Source of the DNA: Bacillota bacterium
GTDB taxonomy: Bacteria > Bacillota > Limnochordia > DUMW01
DNA: 64,000 nt
Direction: 5' to 3'
NCBI GenBank assembly: GCA_012839765.1
Contig: DUMW01000082.1
Span: 1,504 to 65,503 of the forward strand
Shown: piece by piece, positions 29,191 to 38,771 of the stretch
Numbering within the stretch: position 1 is the first letter of the stretch
Layout of the letters: each line of letters starts with the position of its first letter
The notes under the pieces: model-generated
Seen by the model: only the letters and a program-made list of their open reading frames with translations
The model's database searches: none
What the model was told of the DNA's origin: nothing
Program-made: the position numbers and the translations under genes

Positions 29191-30753
29191 ATGCGGGAGC
29201 AGATGATCAAGATCAGACGAGCTTTGTTAAGTGTTTCTGACAAGACGGGCCTCAGAGAGTTTGGGGTGGCCCTAAGCAAGCTTGGTGTTGAACTCATTTC
29301 CACCGGAGGGACCTATGAGGCCTTGAGAGAAGCCGGTGCCGATGTGGTCTACATTTCCGACGTCACCGGTTTCCCCGAGATCCTAGAAGGCCGGGTAAAA
29401 TCCCTGCATCCTAAGATCCATGCGGGGATCCTAGCCCGCCGGGACAAAGAGGACCATCTGGCCCAATTAGCGGAACTAGAGATCCAACCCATCGATCTGG
29501 TGGTGGTGAACCTCTATCCCTTCGAGGCCACCGTGGCCAAGGCCGACGTGACCTTGGAAGAGGCCATCGAGAACATAGACATCGGAGGACCCACTCTAAT
29601 TCGGGCCGCCGCGAAAAACTACCAAGGGGTGGCGGTGGTGGTGGATCCTGCGGATTATCCCAGGATTGTAGACTGTTTGGAAACCGAAGGAGGACTACCC
29701 GCGGATTTTTGCAGGGAACTTGCGGTGAAGGCCTTCCGTCATACGGCCCGGTATGACGCCATTATTGCCCGGTTCTTGGGACAGGATACCCCCTTCCCCG
29801 ACACCTTAACCCTGCCCTGGGACAAGGTGGCAGAGCTGCGCTACGGGGAGAATCCCCACCAACGGGCAGCCTTCTATGCAGAACCCGGGTATGGACCCTA
29901 TACCATGGCCGCGGCAAAACAGCTCCAGGGCAAAGAGCTGTCCTTCAACAACTACAATGACGCCAATGGAGCTTTGGAGTTACTAAAGGAATTTGCGGAG
30001 CCCACGGTGGTGGCTAGTAAGCATACCAACCCCTGTGGAGTGGCCTCCGCGGAGGATTTGGCCACCGCGTTCCGGTTGGCTTACGAAAGTGATCCCGTGT
30101 CCATTTTCGGTGGGATTATTGCGGTGAACCGGGTGGTGGACGCCGAGACTGCGGAGCAGATGAAGGAGATCTTCCTGGAAGTGATCGTGGCCCCCGGTTA
30201 TACCGAAGAGGCCTTGCGGATCCTTAAGGAAAAACAAAATTTGCGGCTTCTGCAGATTGACGGTTTGGACCAGATCTGTGGCCAGAAGCAGCCCGCAGCT
30301 TGGGATTATAAACGGGTATCCGGCGGGCTTTTGGTACAGGATGCGGACCTGGCGGATTTAGACCTGGATCGTCTCCAGGTGGTGACCAAAGTGCAGCCCA
30401 CGGACGAACAGATGGCTTCTTTGCTTTTCGGTTGGAAGGTAGTCAAGCACGTGAAGTCCAACGCCATTGTGCTGGCGTCGGGACGGCAGATCATCGGGGT
30501 GGGGGCTGGTCAGATGAACCGGATCACCGCCGCCCAGCTAGCCATCGCCCAGGCCAAGGAGCGGGCTCAGGGAAGTGTTTTGGCCTCCGATGCCTTTTTC
30601 CCCTTCAATGATGTGGTGAAGGCCGCGGCCCAGGCCGGGGTGAAAGCCATCATTCAGCCGGGTGGTTCTATCCGAGATCAAGACTCCATTGATGCGGCTA
30701 ACGAGTATGGGATTGCCATGGTCTTTACGGGGATCAGGCATTTCAAGCACTAA
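29191..30753 (+). CDS. purH: Bifunctional AICAR transformylase / IMP cyclohydrolase
   Basis: It has the N-terminus RALLSVSDKTGL with an MGS-like and an AICARFT domain. The start may be ATG 29191 or 29203. Confidence 0.9.
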   Translation: MREQMIKIRRALLSVSDKTGLREFGVALSKLGVELISTGGTYEALREAGADVVYISDVTGFPEILEGRVKSLHPKIHAGILARRDKEDHLAQLAELEIQPIDLVVVNLYPFEATVAKADVTLEEAIENIDIGGPTLIRAAAKNYQGVAVVVDPADYPRIVDCLETEGGLPADFCRELAVKAFRHTARYDAIIARFLGQDTPFPDTLTLPWDKVAELRYGENPHQRAAFYAEPGYGPYTMAAAKQLQGKELSFNNYNDANGALELLKEFAEPTVVASKHTNPCGVASAEDLATAFRLAYESDPVSIFGGIIAVNRVVDAETAEQMKEIFLEVIVAPGYTEEALRILKEKQNLRLLQIDGLDQICGQKQPAAWDYKRVSGGLLVQDADLADLDLDRLQVVTKVQPTDEQMASLLFGWKVVKHVKSNAIVLASGRQIIGVGAGQMNRITAAQLAIAQAKERAQGSVLASDAFFPFNDVVKAAAQAGVKAIIQPGGSIRDQDSIDAANEYGIAMVFTGIRHFKH

Positions 30754-30777
30754 TACCTGGTGGGAGTGAGACGGTCT

Positions 30778-32049
30778 GTGAAAGTATTGGTGGTGGGCAG
30801 TGGAGGTCGGGAGCATGCCCTGGTGTGGGCCCTGTCCAAAAGCCCGAAGGTGAAAGAAATCTATTGTTACCCGGGGAATGCGGGTATTGCTCAGTGTGCC
30901 CAGATCCCCCCGCTCCCTTCTGATTCCGTGGCGGATCTGGCCCAATGGGCCCAGGAGGAACAGATCCACCTGACGGTGGTGGGGCCCGAAGCCTATCTGG
31001 CCCAAGGCATTGTGGATGAGTTTGCAAAACGGGGACTGCGGGTCTTTGGACCCACCCGGCAGGCTGCCCAGGTGGAATCCAGCAAGATCTTCGCTAAAGA
31101 GTTGATGAAAAAGTACGGGGTGCCCACTGCGGATTATCGGGTATTTACGGATTTGGCCGCGGCCTTAGCTTACGTTGAAGAGGCGCCTTTGCCGGTAGTG
31201 ATTAAAGCCGATGGCCTTGCCGCGGGCAAAGGGGTGGTGGTGGCCCAAGACCGGGACACAGCCCGGGCGACCCTGCGGCAATTGATGGAGAACAGGATCT
31301 TCGGCCAGGCCGGTGAGCAGGTGGTCATCGAAGAGTTTCTTCCGGGTGAAGAGGCCAGTCTGCTGGCCTTCACCGATGGGTACACCATTTTACCTATGGT
31401 TCCGGCCCAGGATCACAAGCAGCTTTACGCCGGCGGACGGGGACCGAACACCGGTGGTATGGGAGCTTACTCCCCCACGCCGGTGTTGGATGAAGCCCTG
31501 GTTCAACAGGTTTATGAAAGGATTCTGATCCCCACCGTGGCAGGCCTGCGGGCCGAGGGAATTGTGTACAAGGGTGTCCTATATGCGGGACTTATGGTTC
31601 ACGCCGGGCAGGCCAAGGTGGTAGAGTTTAACTGCCGCTTCGGCGATCCCGAGGCCCAGGTGGTCTTGCCCAGGTTGCGTACGGATCTTTTCGAGGTGTT
31701 GGAGGCGGTGGTGGACGGACGTCTTAGCGAAATCGAGCTGGATTGGGATCCCCGCACCGCGGTCTGTGTGATTTTGGCCTCCGGCGGGTATCCGGGGGAG
31801 TATCGGAAAGGATATCCCATTACGGGCTTGGATGTGGTGGCCCAGTTGGAGGACGTACTAGTCTTCCACAGCGGCACCGGTCTAAAAGATGGACAGGTTG
31901 TCACCAACGGTGGTCGGGTGCTGGGGGTTACGGCTCTGGCTGACGATGCTGCCGGGGCCATTCGGCGGGCCTACGCGGCCGTGGCCCGCATCGATTTCAC
32001 CGATAAGTACTATCGGGAGGACATTGCTAGTCGCGCTCTGGAAGCTTAG
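30778..32049 (+). CDS. purD: Phosphoribosylamine-glycine ligase
   Basis: It has VLVVGSGGREHAL and an ATP-grasp core. The RBS GGGAGTGAG precedes a GTG start. Confidence 0.9.
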   Translation: MKVLVVGSGGREHALVWALSKSPKVKEIYCYPGNAGIAQCAQIPPLPSDSVADLAQWAQEEQIHLTVVGPEAYLAQGIVDEFAKRGLRVFGPTRQAAQVESSKIFAKELMKKYGVPTADYRVFTDLAAALAYVEEAPLPVVIKADGLAAGKGVVVAQDRDTARATLRQLMENRIFGQAGEQVVIEEFLPGEEASLLAFTDGYTILPMVPAQDHKQLYAGGRGPNTGGMGAYSPTPVLDEALVQQVYERILIPTVAGLRAEGIVYKGVLYAGLMVHAGQAKVVEFNCRFGDPEAQVVLPRLRTDLFEVLEAVVDGRLSEIELDWDPRTAVCVILASGGYPGEYRKGYPITGLDVVAQLEDVLVFHSGTGLKDGQVVTNGGRVLGVTALADDAAGAIRRAYAAVARIDFTDKYYREDIASRALEA

Positions 32050-33763
32050 GATCGACCTGGATAGTCCGGTAGTGGTCGTAGATGACAAAACCGGGCCGGG
32101 CGCCACTGGGTTTTCTGACGTACTTGATGAAGGTGTAGTCCACGGGCACATTTTGCCCGTGGCGCGCCTTGCTGAAATAGGCCGCGATCTGAGCTGCACA
32201 ACGGACCAGCTGTTCCGGCACATCGGCCAGATCCCCTACCTTTCGTTCCATCCGGACTACCACATGGGAGCCTGGGATTTGCTTCGTATGAAACCATAGA
32301 TCGTGGGGACGGGCTAGCCGGAGGGTGAGCTGGTCGTTTTCCCTATTGTTCCGCCCCACATGGATGGGCACCTCTTCCGGTCCCCGGAAGATGAGGGGCT
32401 GGGCCTTTTTTCCCGTCTTGGTTCGTTCCGAGGGTTTGGGGAGATAGCCCTGCTCCATCAGTTCATCCCTGATGCGTTCCAGATCTTCAAGATCTTCCGC
32501 GAGCTCCAGATGGGTCTCCACGGTCTGTAGGTACTGGATCTCCTCATTGACCTTACTCAATTGTTCTGCGGTGATCCTTCGACCCCTTCTTGCCTTCTGA
32601 TACATCCGGAAGTATTTGTCCGCGTTGGCTGCAGGAGTAAGCTCCGGATCGAGCTCAATTGTTGTTTCCCGTTGCTCCGGATCGTAATAGTCGATGACAG
32701 TGGCTTCCCTTTGTCCCCGTTTGAGTGCATGGAGGTTTGCCGTAAGTAGTTCGCCGTACTTGCGAAACTCATCCGCACTTTCGGCTCGGTGCAGGGCCTC
32801 TTCCAGTTCCACCACCTTCTGGTTGCAGTTGGCCAGTTGCTGTTGGATCACTGCGTTCAACTGGTTTTCCAGCTGGGCCATGGCTTCGCGAGTTGTTTTG
32901 AAGTGGAAGTACTCACTTACGAGAAGGCTAGGGCTAGGGAACGGTTTTTGTACCGCCGGATCAAGGTGTTTGAGGTTGGTGGCGGAGATATCCGCAGGTA
33001 GACCCTGCCCATCGGTGATCAGCGTGGGAGTGAAGCTCCCCTGGGCAGCTCGTTGTCCGAGATGTGTGAGCTCCTGTAGAAGACGCTCAACATGTTCGGC
33101 TTTCAGTGCCTGGGCCGGCGTCGTAGGTTCGATGCCGCTGCGATGAAGGATCTCGGTTACCAGCAGTGGACTAAGGCCCAAAAGACCCTGCAACAGGGTA
33201 TTGGCCACTTGTTTCGGGCTGTTAAGTACGTTCGCGAGTGCCTCCCTTGTGAGTGGGTAGAAGGGTCTGCGCCCGCTAGCCGGTGGTTGGATATATCGTA
33301 GGCCCGGTGCGATCTGCCGATAGCGGCTCATCTGTTCGGTAACTACCCTTTGGGCCGCGAGGATCTTCTTGGTACGCGCGTCTACTAGCACAAGATTGCT
33401 ATGCCGGCCCATGATTTCGGCGATTAGTTCCAGCAGGCCTTCTTCCGTCTCGATGGTGAGGTACAAAAGGCGATCCCAATCCGGTTGTTTGATCTCGATT
33501 ACTTGCCCGCCGATGAGAGATTTCCTTAAGCTCTGCCCGAAGGCGAAGATTGACGGTTCGAAGGGTTGGTGAACCAGATGGATCCGGGCCTGGTTTGGTG
33601 CGGTGGAGATCAGCAGTTGATGTTCTTCATCGGGCCACCGCAGGCCAAGAACCACTGTGGTCGGATCCGGTTGGTAGATCCGGGCGATCCGCGCCTTTGT
33701 GATCTTTGGCGTAATCTCATGTCGTACCGCCGCTAGCATCAAACCATCAAAGGGCATAGACAT
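32027..33763 (-). CDS. rqcH: Ribosome quality control factor RqcH / FbpA (NFACT family; YloA homolog)
   Basis: It has NFACT-N, a coiled-coil and NFACT-R segments. It is convergent with purD, and the two overlap by 23 bp. Confidence 0.8.
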   Translation of the reverse strand: MSMPFDGLMLAAVRHEITPKITKARIARIYQPDPTTVVLGLRWPDEEHQLLISTAPNQARIHLVHQPFEPSIFAFGQSLRKSLIGGQVIEIKQPDWDRLLYLTIETEEGLLELIAEIMGRHSNLVLVDARTKKILAAQRVVTEQMSRYRQIAPGLRYIQPPASGRRPFYPLTREALANVLNSPKQVANTLLQGLLGLSPLLVTEILHRSGIEPTTPAQALKAEHVERLLQELTHLGQRAAQGSFTPTLITDGQGLPADISATNLKHLDPAVQKPFPSPSLLVSEYFHFKTTREAMAQLENQLNAVIQQQLANCNQKVVELEEALHRAESADEFRKYGELLTANLHALKRGQREATVIDYYDPEQRETTIELDPELTPAANADKYFRMYQKARRGRRITAEQLSKVNEEIQYLQTVETHLELAEDLEDLERIRDELMEQGYLPKPSERTKTGKKAQPLIFRGPEEVPIHVGRNNRENDQLTLRLARPHDLWFHTKQIPGSHVVVRMERKVGDLADVPEQLVRCAAQIAAYFSKARHGQNVPVDYTFIKYVRKPSGARPGFVIYDHYRTIQVDPKLPERD

Positions 33764-34063
33764 CCTTCCTTCCAGAATAGCTCACTCTAGTAGAATACCA
33801 CATTTTGTGCGGAGGAGGTCCACTGTTGTGGCCAATTTTCCACTCGTCAGTTGCCATTGCACCACAGCGGAGCGTTGACTAGGGAGAAGTCTGCCGCCTT
33901 ACTTCCTTGTTTCTCCAAAAGAATCTGTTGTTAAGCCCTATGTTCGCGCCACATCCCGAGAGGAAAACTAGAAGAACATTCCATAGGTGATTGGAGTTTG
34001 GTCAGGAAAAAAGAGAGAAAAAATCAAGAAAATGTTGTAAACAGGCAGAAAGGTGACAAATAC

Positions 34064-35389
34064 ATGGAAAGAAGACCACTATGCTTGTTGTTGGTGTTGT
34101 CTGTTGTGCTGTCCTTTGGGTTTGTCGGGTTTGAGTCCGCTGCCGCCAATGATGAGCCAATCGTTTTGAGCCTGGGCCACTGGAACGCAATGGATCCCGC
34201 CTTCTTGGAAATGATCGACGCCTTTCATGCAGCCCAGGATCGGATCCGGGTGGAGATCCGGGCCTATAGTTGGGATGAGTACTCCGATGGGCTGGTGGTG
34301 GAGAATATCGCGGGAGTGGGACCAGATATTATTAACATCCATGGTACCCAGACCCCCCCGGCCTATTGGATTCAACAGGGACTGCTCCTGGATCTTACCC
34401 CCTACTTTGAGCGGGACAAGGCCGAACTGATGGTAGAGGACTTTATCCCTCAAAGTCTGGAGCTGACATCCCTGAACGGTTTTCGTTACGCCATGCCCTA
34501 TTGTCTTCCCGTCCCGAGCGCTTTGGTCGTGGTGAACAATGACCTGTTTGATGCACTTGGCCTTGAGCTTCCTTTCGAGGAGTGGGACTGGGATGATCTG
34601 CGATCCCTGGCCAGCAAGATCACCAGGGACGCGGATGGTGACGGGGCCACCGACACATGGGCCATTAACCTTGCGGAAATGCGGGGATGGCGGGAAGTCT
34701 TGCATCAGGCCATCATCAGTACCGGTGATTGGTATTTCCAAAACGGCGATACTGAGATCAATCTGCGGACCGAAGGAGCCCTACGCGCTATGGACTGGGC
34801 TTACAGTCTTGTGGAAGGCGGCTATGTTCCTTTGTCTGGTGGCAACTGGACCAGGACCGGCATGAGAATGGGTATGTCCTGGGGATTCTTAGTCCGCGGT
34901 TACTATGAAGGTTGGTGGCGGGGAACCCGTGTATCGGTGGTGCAGACCCCAAAGGATCCCGTTACCGGGCAGCGGGGCTATGAAGCCGGTATTATGCAGT
35001 TGGGTTTCGGAATCAGCGCCCATTGCAAACATCCCGAGGCCGCTTGGGAGTTTGTTAAGTTCGCCACTGGGCCCGACGGGTGGGCTAAGGCTGGCTACGA
35101 GACCGGCAACCTGTTCTTCCTACCGGCACGGCAGAGTTTGATCATGGACTATTTCGTGCACAGTGCGCAGATGCTTCCCGCACCGGTGGATCCCCTGGCG
35201 GAGGCTCGGGCCGGCGAGTATCTTCAGGCCAACGTGCTGGCATCGCCAAACCCCAATTTGATGGTCTCATGGGCGGAGATCGAAAAGGTTCTTGCCTCCG
35301 AGTGGACCCGGGTAGTGCAAGGGATCCAAGGGGTGGAGGTGTTTGTGGAGCGGGTTACACCCCTCGTGAATCAGATCCTCCAGCAATAG
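34064..35389 (+). CDS. Family-1 extracellular solute-binding protein (sugar ABC), orphan
   Basis: It has a signal peptide MERRPLCLLLVLSVVLSFGFVGF and an SBP_bac_1 fold. No permease or ATPase genes are adjacent. Confidence 0.75.
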   Translation: MERRPLCLLLVLSVVLSFGFVGFESAAANDEPIVLSLGHWNAMDPAFLEMIDAFHAAQDRIRVEIRAYSWDEYSDGLVVENIAGVGPDIINIHGTQTPPAYWIQQGLLLDLTPYFERDKAELMVEDFIPQSLELTSLNGFRYAMPYCLPVPSALVVVNNDLFDALGLELPFEEWDWDDLRSLASKITRDADGDGATDTWAINLAEMRGWREVLHQAIISTGDWYFQNGDTEINLRTEGALRAMDWAYSLVEGGYVPLSGGNWTRTGMRMGMSWGFLVRGYYEGWWRGTRVSVVQTPKDPVTGQRGYEAGIMQLGFGISAHCKHPEAAWEFVKFATGPDGWAKAGYETGNLFFLPARQSLIMDYFVHSAQMLPAPVDPLAEARAGEYLQANVLASPNPNLMVSWAEIEKVLASEWTRVVQGIQGVEVFVERVTPLVNQILQQ

Positions 35390-35466
35390 TATGCTACAGT
35401 TGGACCTTCGATGTCGATCGGGTCACCGGAGTGCCAGGGCTGGGGAGTTGGGAGGGTAACTTGATC

Positions 35467-37461
35467 ATGCTTAAACAGAAAAGACTGGAATGTGACGTAT
35501 TGGTGGTGGGCAGCGGCACCGCCGGAGCTCGCGCCGCGATCGCCGCGGCCCAGGAGGGTATGCGGGTGATCGCCGTGGACCAACTGACTTACCCTGGGGG
35601 TTTGACCAGGCAGGTGGCCCCCTACTATTATGGGGTGGACACTTCTCCTGAGATCCACAGGATCGATGATATGAACAAGGATTACGGTGTGGGTCTGGGT
35701 GCCGGCTGGCACCCAGAGGCCAGCCGTTGCGCTCTGTGGGAGGAGTTCAGGGAGTATGGTATCACCTTCGTTTGTGGCCAACCCTTTGAAGTACTCAAGG
35801 AGCGGGAAGAAGACGTGGTCCGAGGGGTCCTCGTCCAGACCGAAAGGGAAACGGTGACTATTTTTTGCCGGGTCCTGGTGGACGGCACAGGCGATGCTGA
35901 TGTAGCAGTACTTGCGGGGGCGCCCTACCGGGTGGGTCGGGAATGGGACCAGCTGCCCCATGCCCATGCGGCTCAGGCCCGCTGTTTCCAGTCCGGCCGG
36001 GTGACCTACATGAGTAACGAAGACTGGTGCGATATTCGAGACTTGCAAGACATTAGCAGGGCTTGGATTGAAGGAAGAAAACGGCTCTGGGATCGACTCC
36101 AGCCAGATCCCAATACCCAGCTTGTATCCTTCGCCGCACAGTTGGGCTGGCGGGGGAACAGGTATATAGAAGGGGAGTACACCCTGACCCTGGAAGATCT
36201 GGTGAAGGAGCGGACCTTCCCCGATGCCATTACCGTGGGCTATTCCAACTACGATACCCATGCCATGGATTATGCGAACCTGAGTGACTTTGCTCAAATC
36301 TGGTGTTGTGTGTTGGGGCTGTGGGCTTTGCCCGTCGGTTGCCAGATCCCCTATCGGTGTCTGGTGCCTAGGGAAATCGATGGGGTGTTGGTGGCCTCCC
36401 GGGCTATCTCCCTCGCCTCCGACGCCGCGATGGCCCTCCGGATGATCAGAGATTTGCGGGTCATTGGTGAAGTGGCGGGAGTGGCCGCTAGCATTGCGGT
36501 AAAGACTGGTCTTCCCCCACGGTACATTGACATCCAACAACTACAAGGCATACTAGCCCGCCGAGGTATAACCTACGACAAAAGGCCCATTGAGCTGATG
36601 ACCGGCCGAGGGATGAAAAGATGGCCGGTGAAGGGGGTCAGCAGCGGGAAGGAAGGCGAGGTGTTGTTGGATTCCCTCGGCATCGATCGGGAGCCGGAAT
36701 CCATGTTCTGGTGGCAGAATGCTCCCGACGATTTATCTTGGTTAGGAACCCGTGCCGAGGGCAAGTCCTTGCTTTATGTCTATCGCACCGGAGACCGGTG
36801 TAAGGAGGAGTTGCAAAGGATCCTCCGTACTGCCACGGGCTTGAGAAAGCGGGGTGCTGCCTTTGCTCTGGGCCTCTTAGGGGATCAGGCGGCCGTTGAG
36901 GAGTTAATTGCCTGTGTACAGCGGCGGGATGACGATGTGTTATCCGGCCGGCGTACCCATCCCCGCTGGATCGGAGCCATGGTGTTGTTGCGTTTGCTGA
37001 AGGCGCCGCAGGCCTTTGGGGCCATGCTGGACGTTCTGGCCCATGGCGCCAAATCCTCCGCAGATAGAGATCTGCTGAAACCCTTGCCCTTCAGCCGGGC
37101 CGGCGCGACCTTCCACGAAGCGCCGTGGATGTCCATTGCCACTTTGGACACCAATGCAAGACTCTTTGCCCTGCGCTATTTCGACGATTGTCTGAAGCTG
37201 TTCACCACCGAGGAAAAGCGTCAGCTGCAGGAGGAACTGAAAAGGCTCCTTTCCCGTAAGCTGGGCGATGACATTAGGATGTTTGACGGACAGCGAAACA
37301 GCCTCCGCTGGTCTTTGGAGACCACCGCCGCCGGATTGCTGCTGAGGCTGGGTGAGCCCTATGCAAGGTTGGGGCAGGAAGTTCTCCAAATGTACATGCA
37401 GGATAGGCGGCGATTTGCCCGCAATGCGGCCTATGCACGGTGGAAGGAGGCGGTCCAATGA
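35467..37461 (+). CDS. FAD-dependent oxidoreductase (FAD_oxidored-like) fused to a C-terminal HEAT/PBS-lyase repeat domain
   Basis: The N-terminus is VLVVGSGTAGARAAIAAAQEG (a GxGxxG Rossmann motif). The C-terminal ~250 aa contain repeated AxxALGxLGDxxAVxxLI motifs. The RBS GGGAGGG sits 10 nt before the ATG at 35467. Confidence 0.65.
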   Translation: MLKQKRLECDVLVVGSGTAGARAAIAAAQEGMRVIAVDQLTYPGGLTRQVAPYYYGVDTSPEIHRIDDMNKDYGVGLGAGWHPEASRCALWEEFREYGITFVCGQPFEVLKEREEDVVRGVLVQTERETVTIFCRVLVDGTGDADVAVLAGAPYRVGREWDQLPHAHAAQARCFQSGRVTYMSNEDWCDIRDLQDISRAWIEGRKRLWDRLQPDPNTQLVSFAAQLGWRGNRYIEGEYTLTLEDLVKERTFPDAITVGYSNYDTHAMDYANLSDFAQIWCCVLGLWALPVGCQIPYRCLVPREIDGVLVASRAISLASDAAMALRMIRDLRVIGEVAGVAASIAVKTGLPPRYIDIQQLQGILARRGITYDKRPIELMTGRGMKRWPVKGVSSGKEGEVLLDSLGIDREPESMFWWQNAPDDLSWLGTRAEGKSLLYVYRTGDRCKEELQRILRTATGLRKRGAAFALGLLGDQAAVEELIACVQRRDDDVLSGRRTHPRWIGAMVLLRLLKAPQAFGAMLDVLAHGAKSSADRDLLKPLPFSRAGATFHEAPWMSIATLDTNARLFALRYFDDCLKLFTTEEKRQLQEELKRLLSRKLGDDIRMFDGQRNSLRWSLETTAAGLLLRLGEPYARLGQEVLQMYMQDRRRFARNAAYARWKEAVQ

Positions 37462-38369
37462 TACACCAATATGATGTGGTGGTAGTCGGCGGAGGCTTGG
37501 CCGGATCCCTGATCGCCTTAAGGTGTGCCCAGAGGGAGTTACGGACCCTGTTGACCGATCCGCGGGGGTGCCTAGGATGGGAGGTCACCCGGGCCGGTCG
37601 GTTATTTGCCCACGCTGCCGCGGACACCGTTCCCGTTTTAGAGGAAATGTCCGCCTTTGGTGCCTATAAGAACGGCATCTTCTATCCTCCGGGTTTGGAA
37701 GTGTTTTTTGAACAGCGCCTCCTTGCCGCAGGTGGGGAGATCCTCTACCATCTTTGGCCCTTGGCTTGCTATGGTGATGACAGGGGTGCTGAGGTGGTCT
37801 TTGCCAGTAAACACGGGAAGGTGCGGTTTTCGGCCCGGACGGTGGTGGATTGTACGCGGCAGGGCATTCTAGTCCAGCAGATTGCCTCCAGAGGAGAGAC
37901 GAGCCCGGCGGTGCGCGAAGTACGCCATGGGCTTCTTTTGGGCGGAGTCCAACTACAGGAAACACTCCTTTTATCCGGCGGTGATCTGTTTTCTCCCATT
38001 GCGGGGCTCTGCCTCCGGCCCACCGGACAGCCGGGGATTGTCCATGGGGATCTATCCTTGGGGGTGGAGGAAGGGGAACAGGTAGAAGCGGCGGTCTGCC
38101 ACAGTCTGATTCCCCTTCGTCAGCACTTGCGCAAAGATCCACGCTTCCAAGACGTGGTGGTTGTCCATGTCTATGAGGAGTCCTGGGTGGTGCACGACAG
38201 CTGGTTGACGCCTGAGGAGGCGCAACGGTTAGCCAAGGAGTTCTCCTGCGTCAGCGCCGGAACTTACCTGACGAGTTTCCAAAATCTGGTGGATGAGGGT
38301 GTAGTTGCCGCCCTGTTGCAACTCGGTGAACAGGTGGGCGCAGAGATTACGACGATGAACGGGGCTTAG
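37458..38369 (+). CDS. Short FAD-binding oxidoreductase paralog
   Basis: It has VVVVGGGLAGSLIA (GxGxxG). It overlaps the upstream gene by ATGA. Confidence 0.55.
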   Translation: MIHQYDVVVVGGGLAGSLIALRCAQRELRTLLTDPRGCLGWEVTRAGRLFAHAAADTVPVLEEMSAFGAYKNGIFYPPGLEVFFEQRLLAAGGEILYHLWPLACYGDDRGAEVVFASKHGKVRFSARTVVDCTRQGILVQQIASRGETSPAVREVRHGLLLGGVQLQETLLLSGGDLFSPIAGLCLRPTGQPGIVHGDLSLGVEEGEQVEAAVCHSLIPLRQHLRKDPRFQDVVVVHVYEESWVVHDSWLTPEEAQRLAKEFSCVSAGTYLTSFQNLVDEGVVAALLQLGEQVGAEITTMNGA

Positions 38370-38771
38370 CAGATTAGAAAAGATTGTATAGGGTTTTGGG
38401 CTCTCCGATGTGGGGAGCCCAAAAGAGTTAGAGAAGATCTGCCCCATCCTTTGGAATGCTGTTCCGAGCATGTCCCGGACAACAGCCTGGGGTCGGTAGA
38501 GTCTCTTGTTAGCAGAAAACGAGGCCTATTGTGGCCTAGTGGGATGGCTGTTCGACTGGCTTGCCAAGACCTACACCTTGGTTACATGGTGTTGTGGAAC
38601 AAAAGATATGCGCGTGGTGTTCCGGTGGTGCAGAGACTTGCTGTTTTACACCAAGATTCCGGAGCCTTCCATCGACGATGGGGTTATCTGTGAAGGATAG
38701 AGCTTGGTTTTCCAGCCGGCTTTCAGGACCTTGGTCTGCAGAGCCGGCTGTCCTCGTTGGAGGGAATGATC

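Noticed and set aside
35269-35466. The FAD oxidoreductase ORF extends upstream (MGGDRKGS...).
   Set aside because: That segment overlaps the SBP 3' end in another frame and has no RBS. The ATG at 35467 has GGGAGGG at the right spacing and begins directly with the Rossmann motif.
35371-36540. A 389-aa minus-strand ORF lies antisense to the FAD-oxidoreductase-HEAT gene.
   Set aside because: It is a shadow ORF with no motifs, and the sense strand has clear GxGxxG and HEAT repeats.
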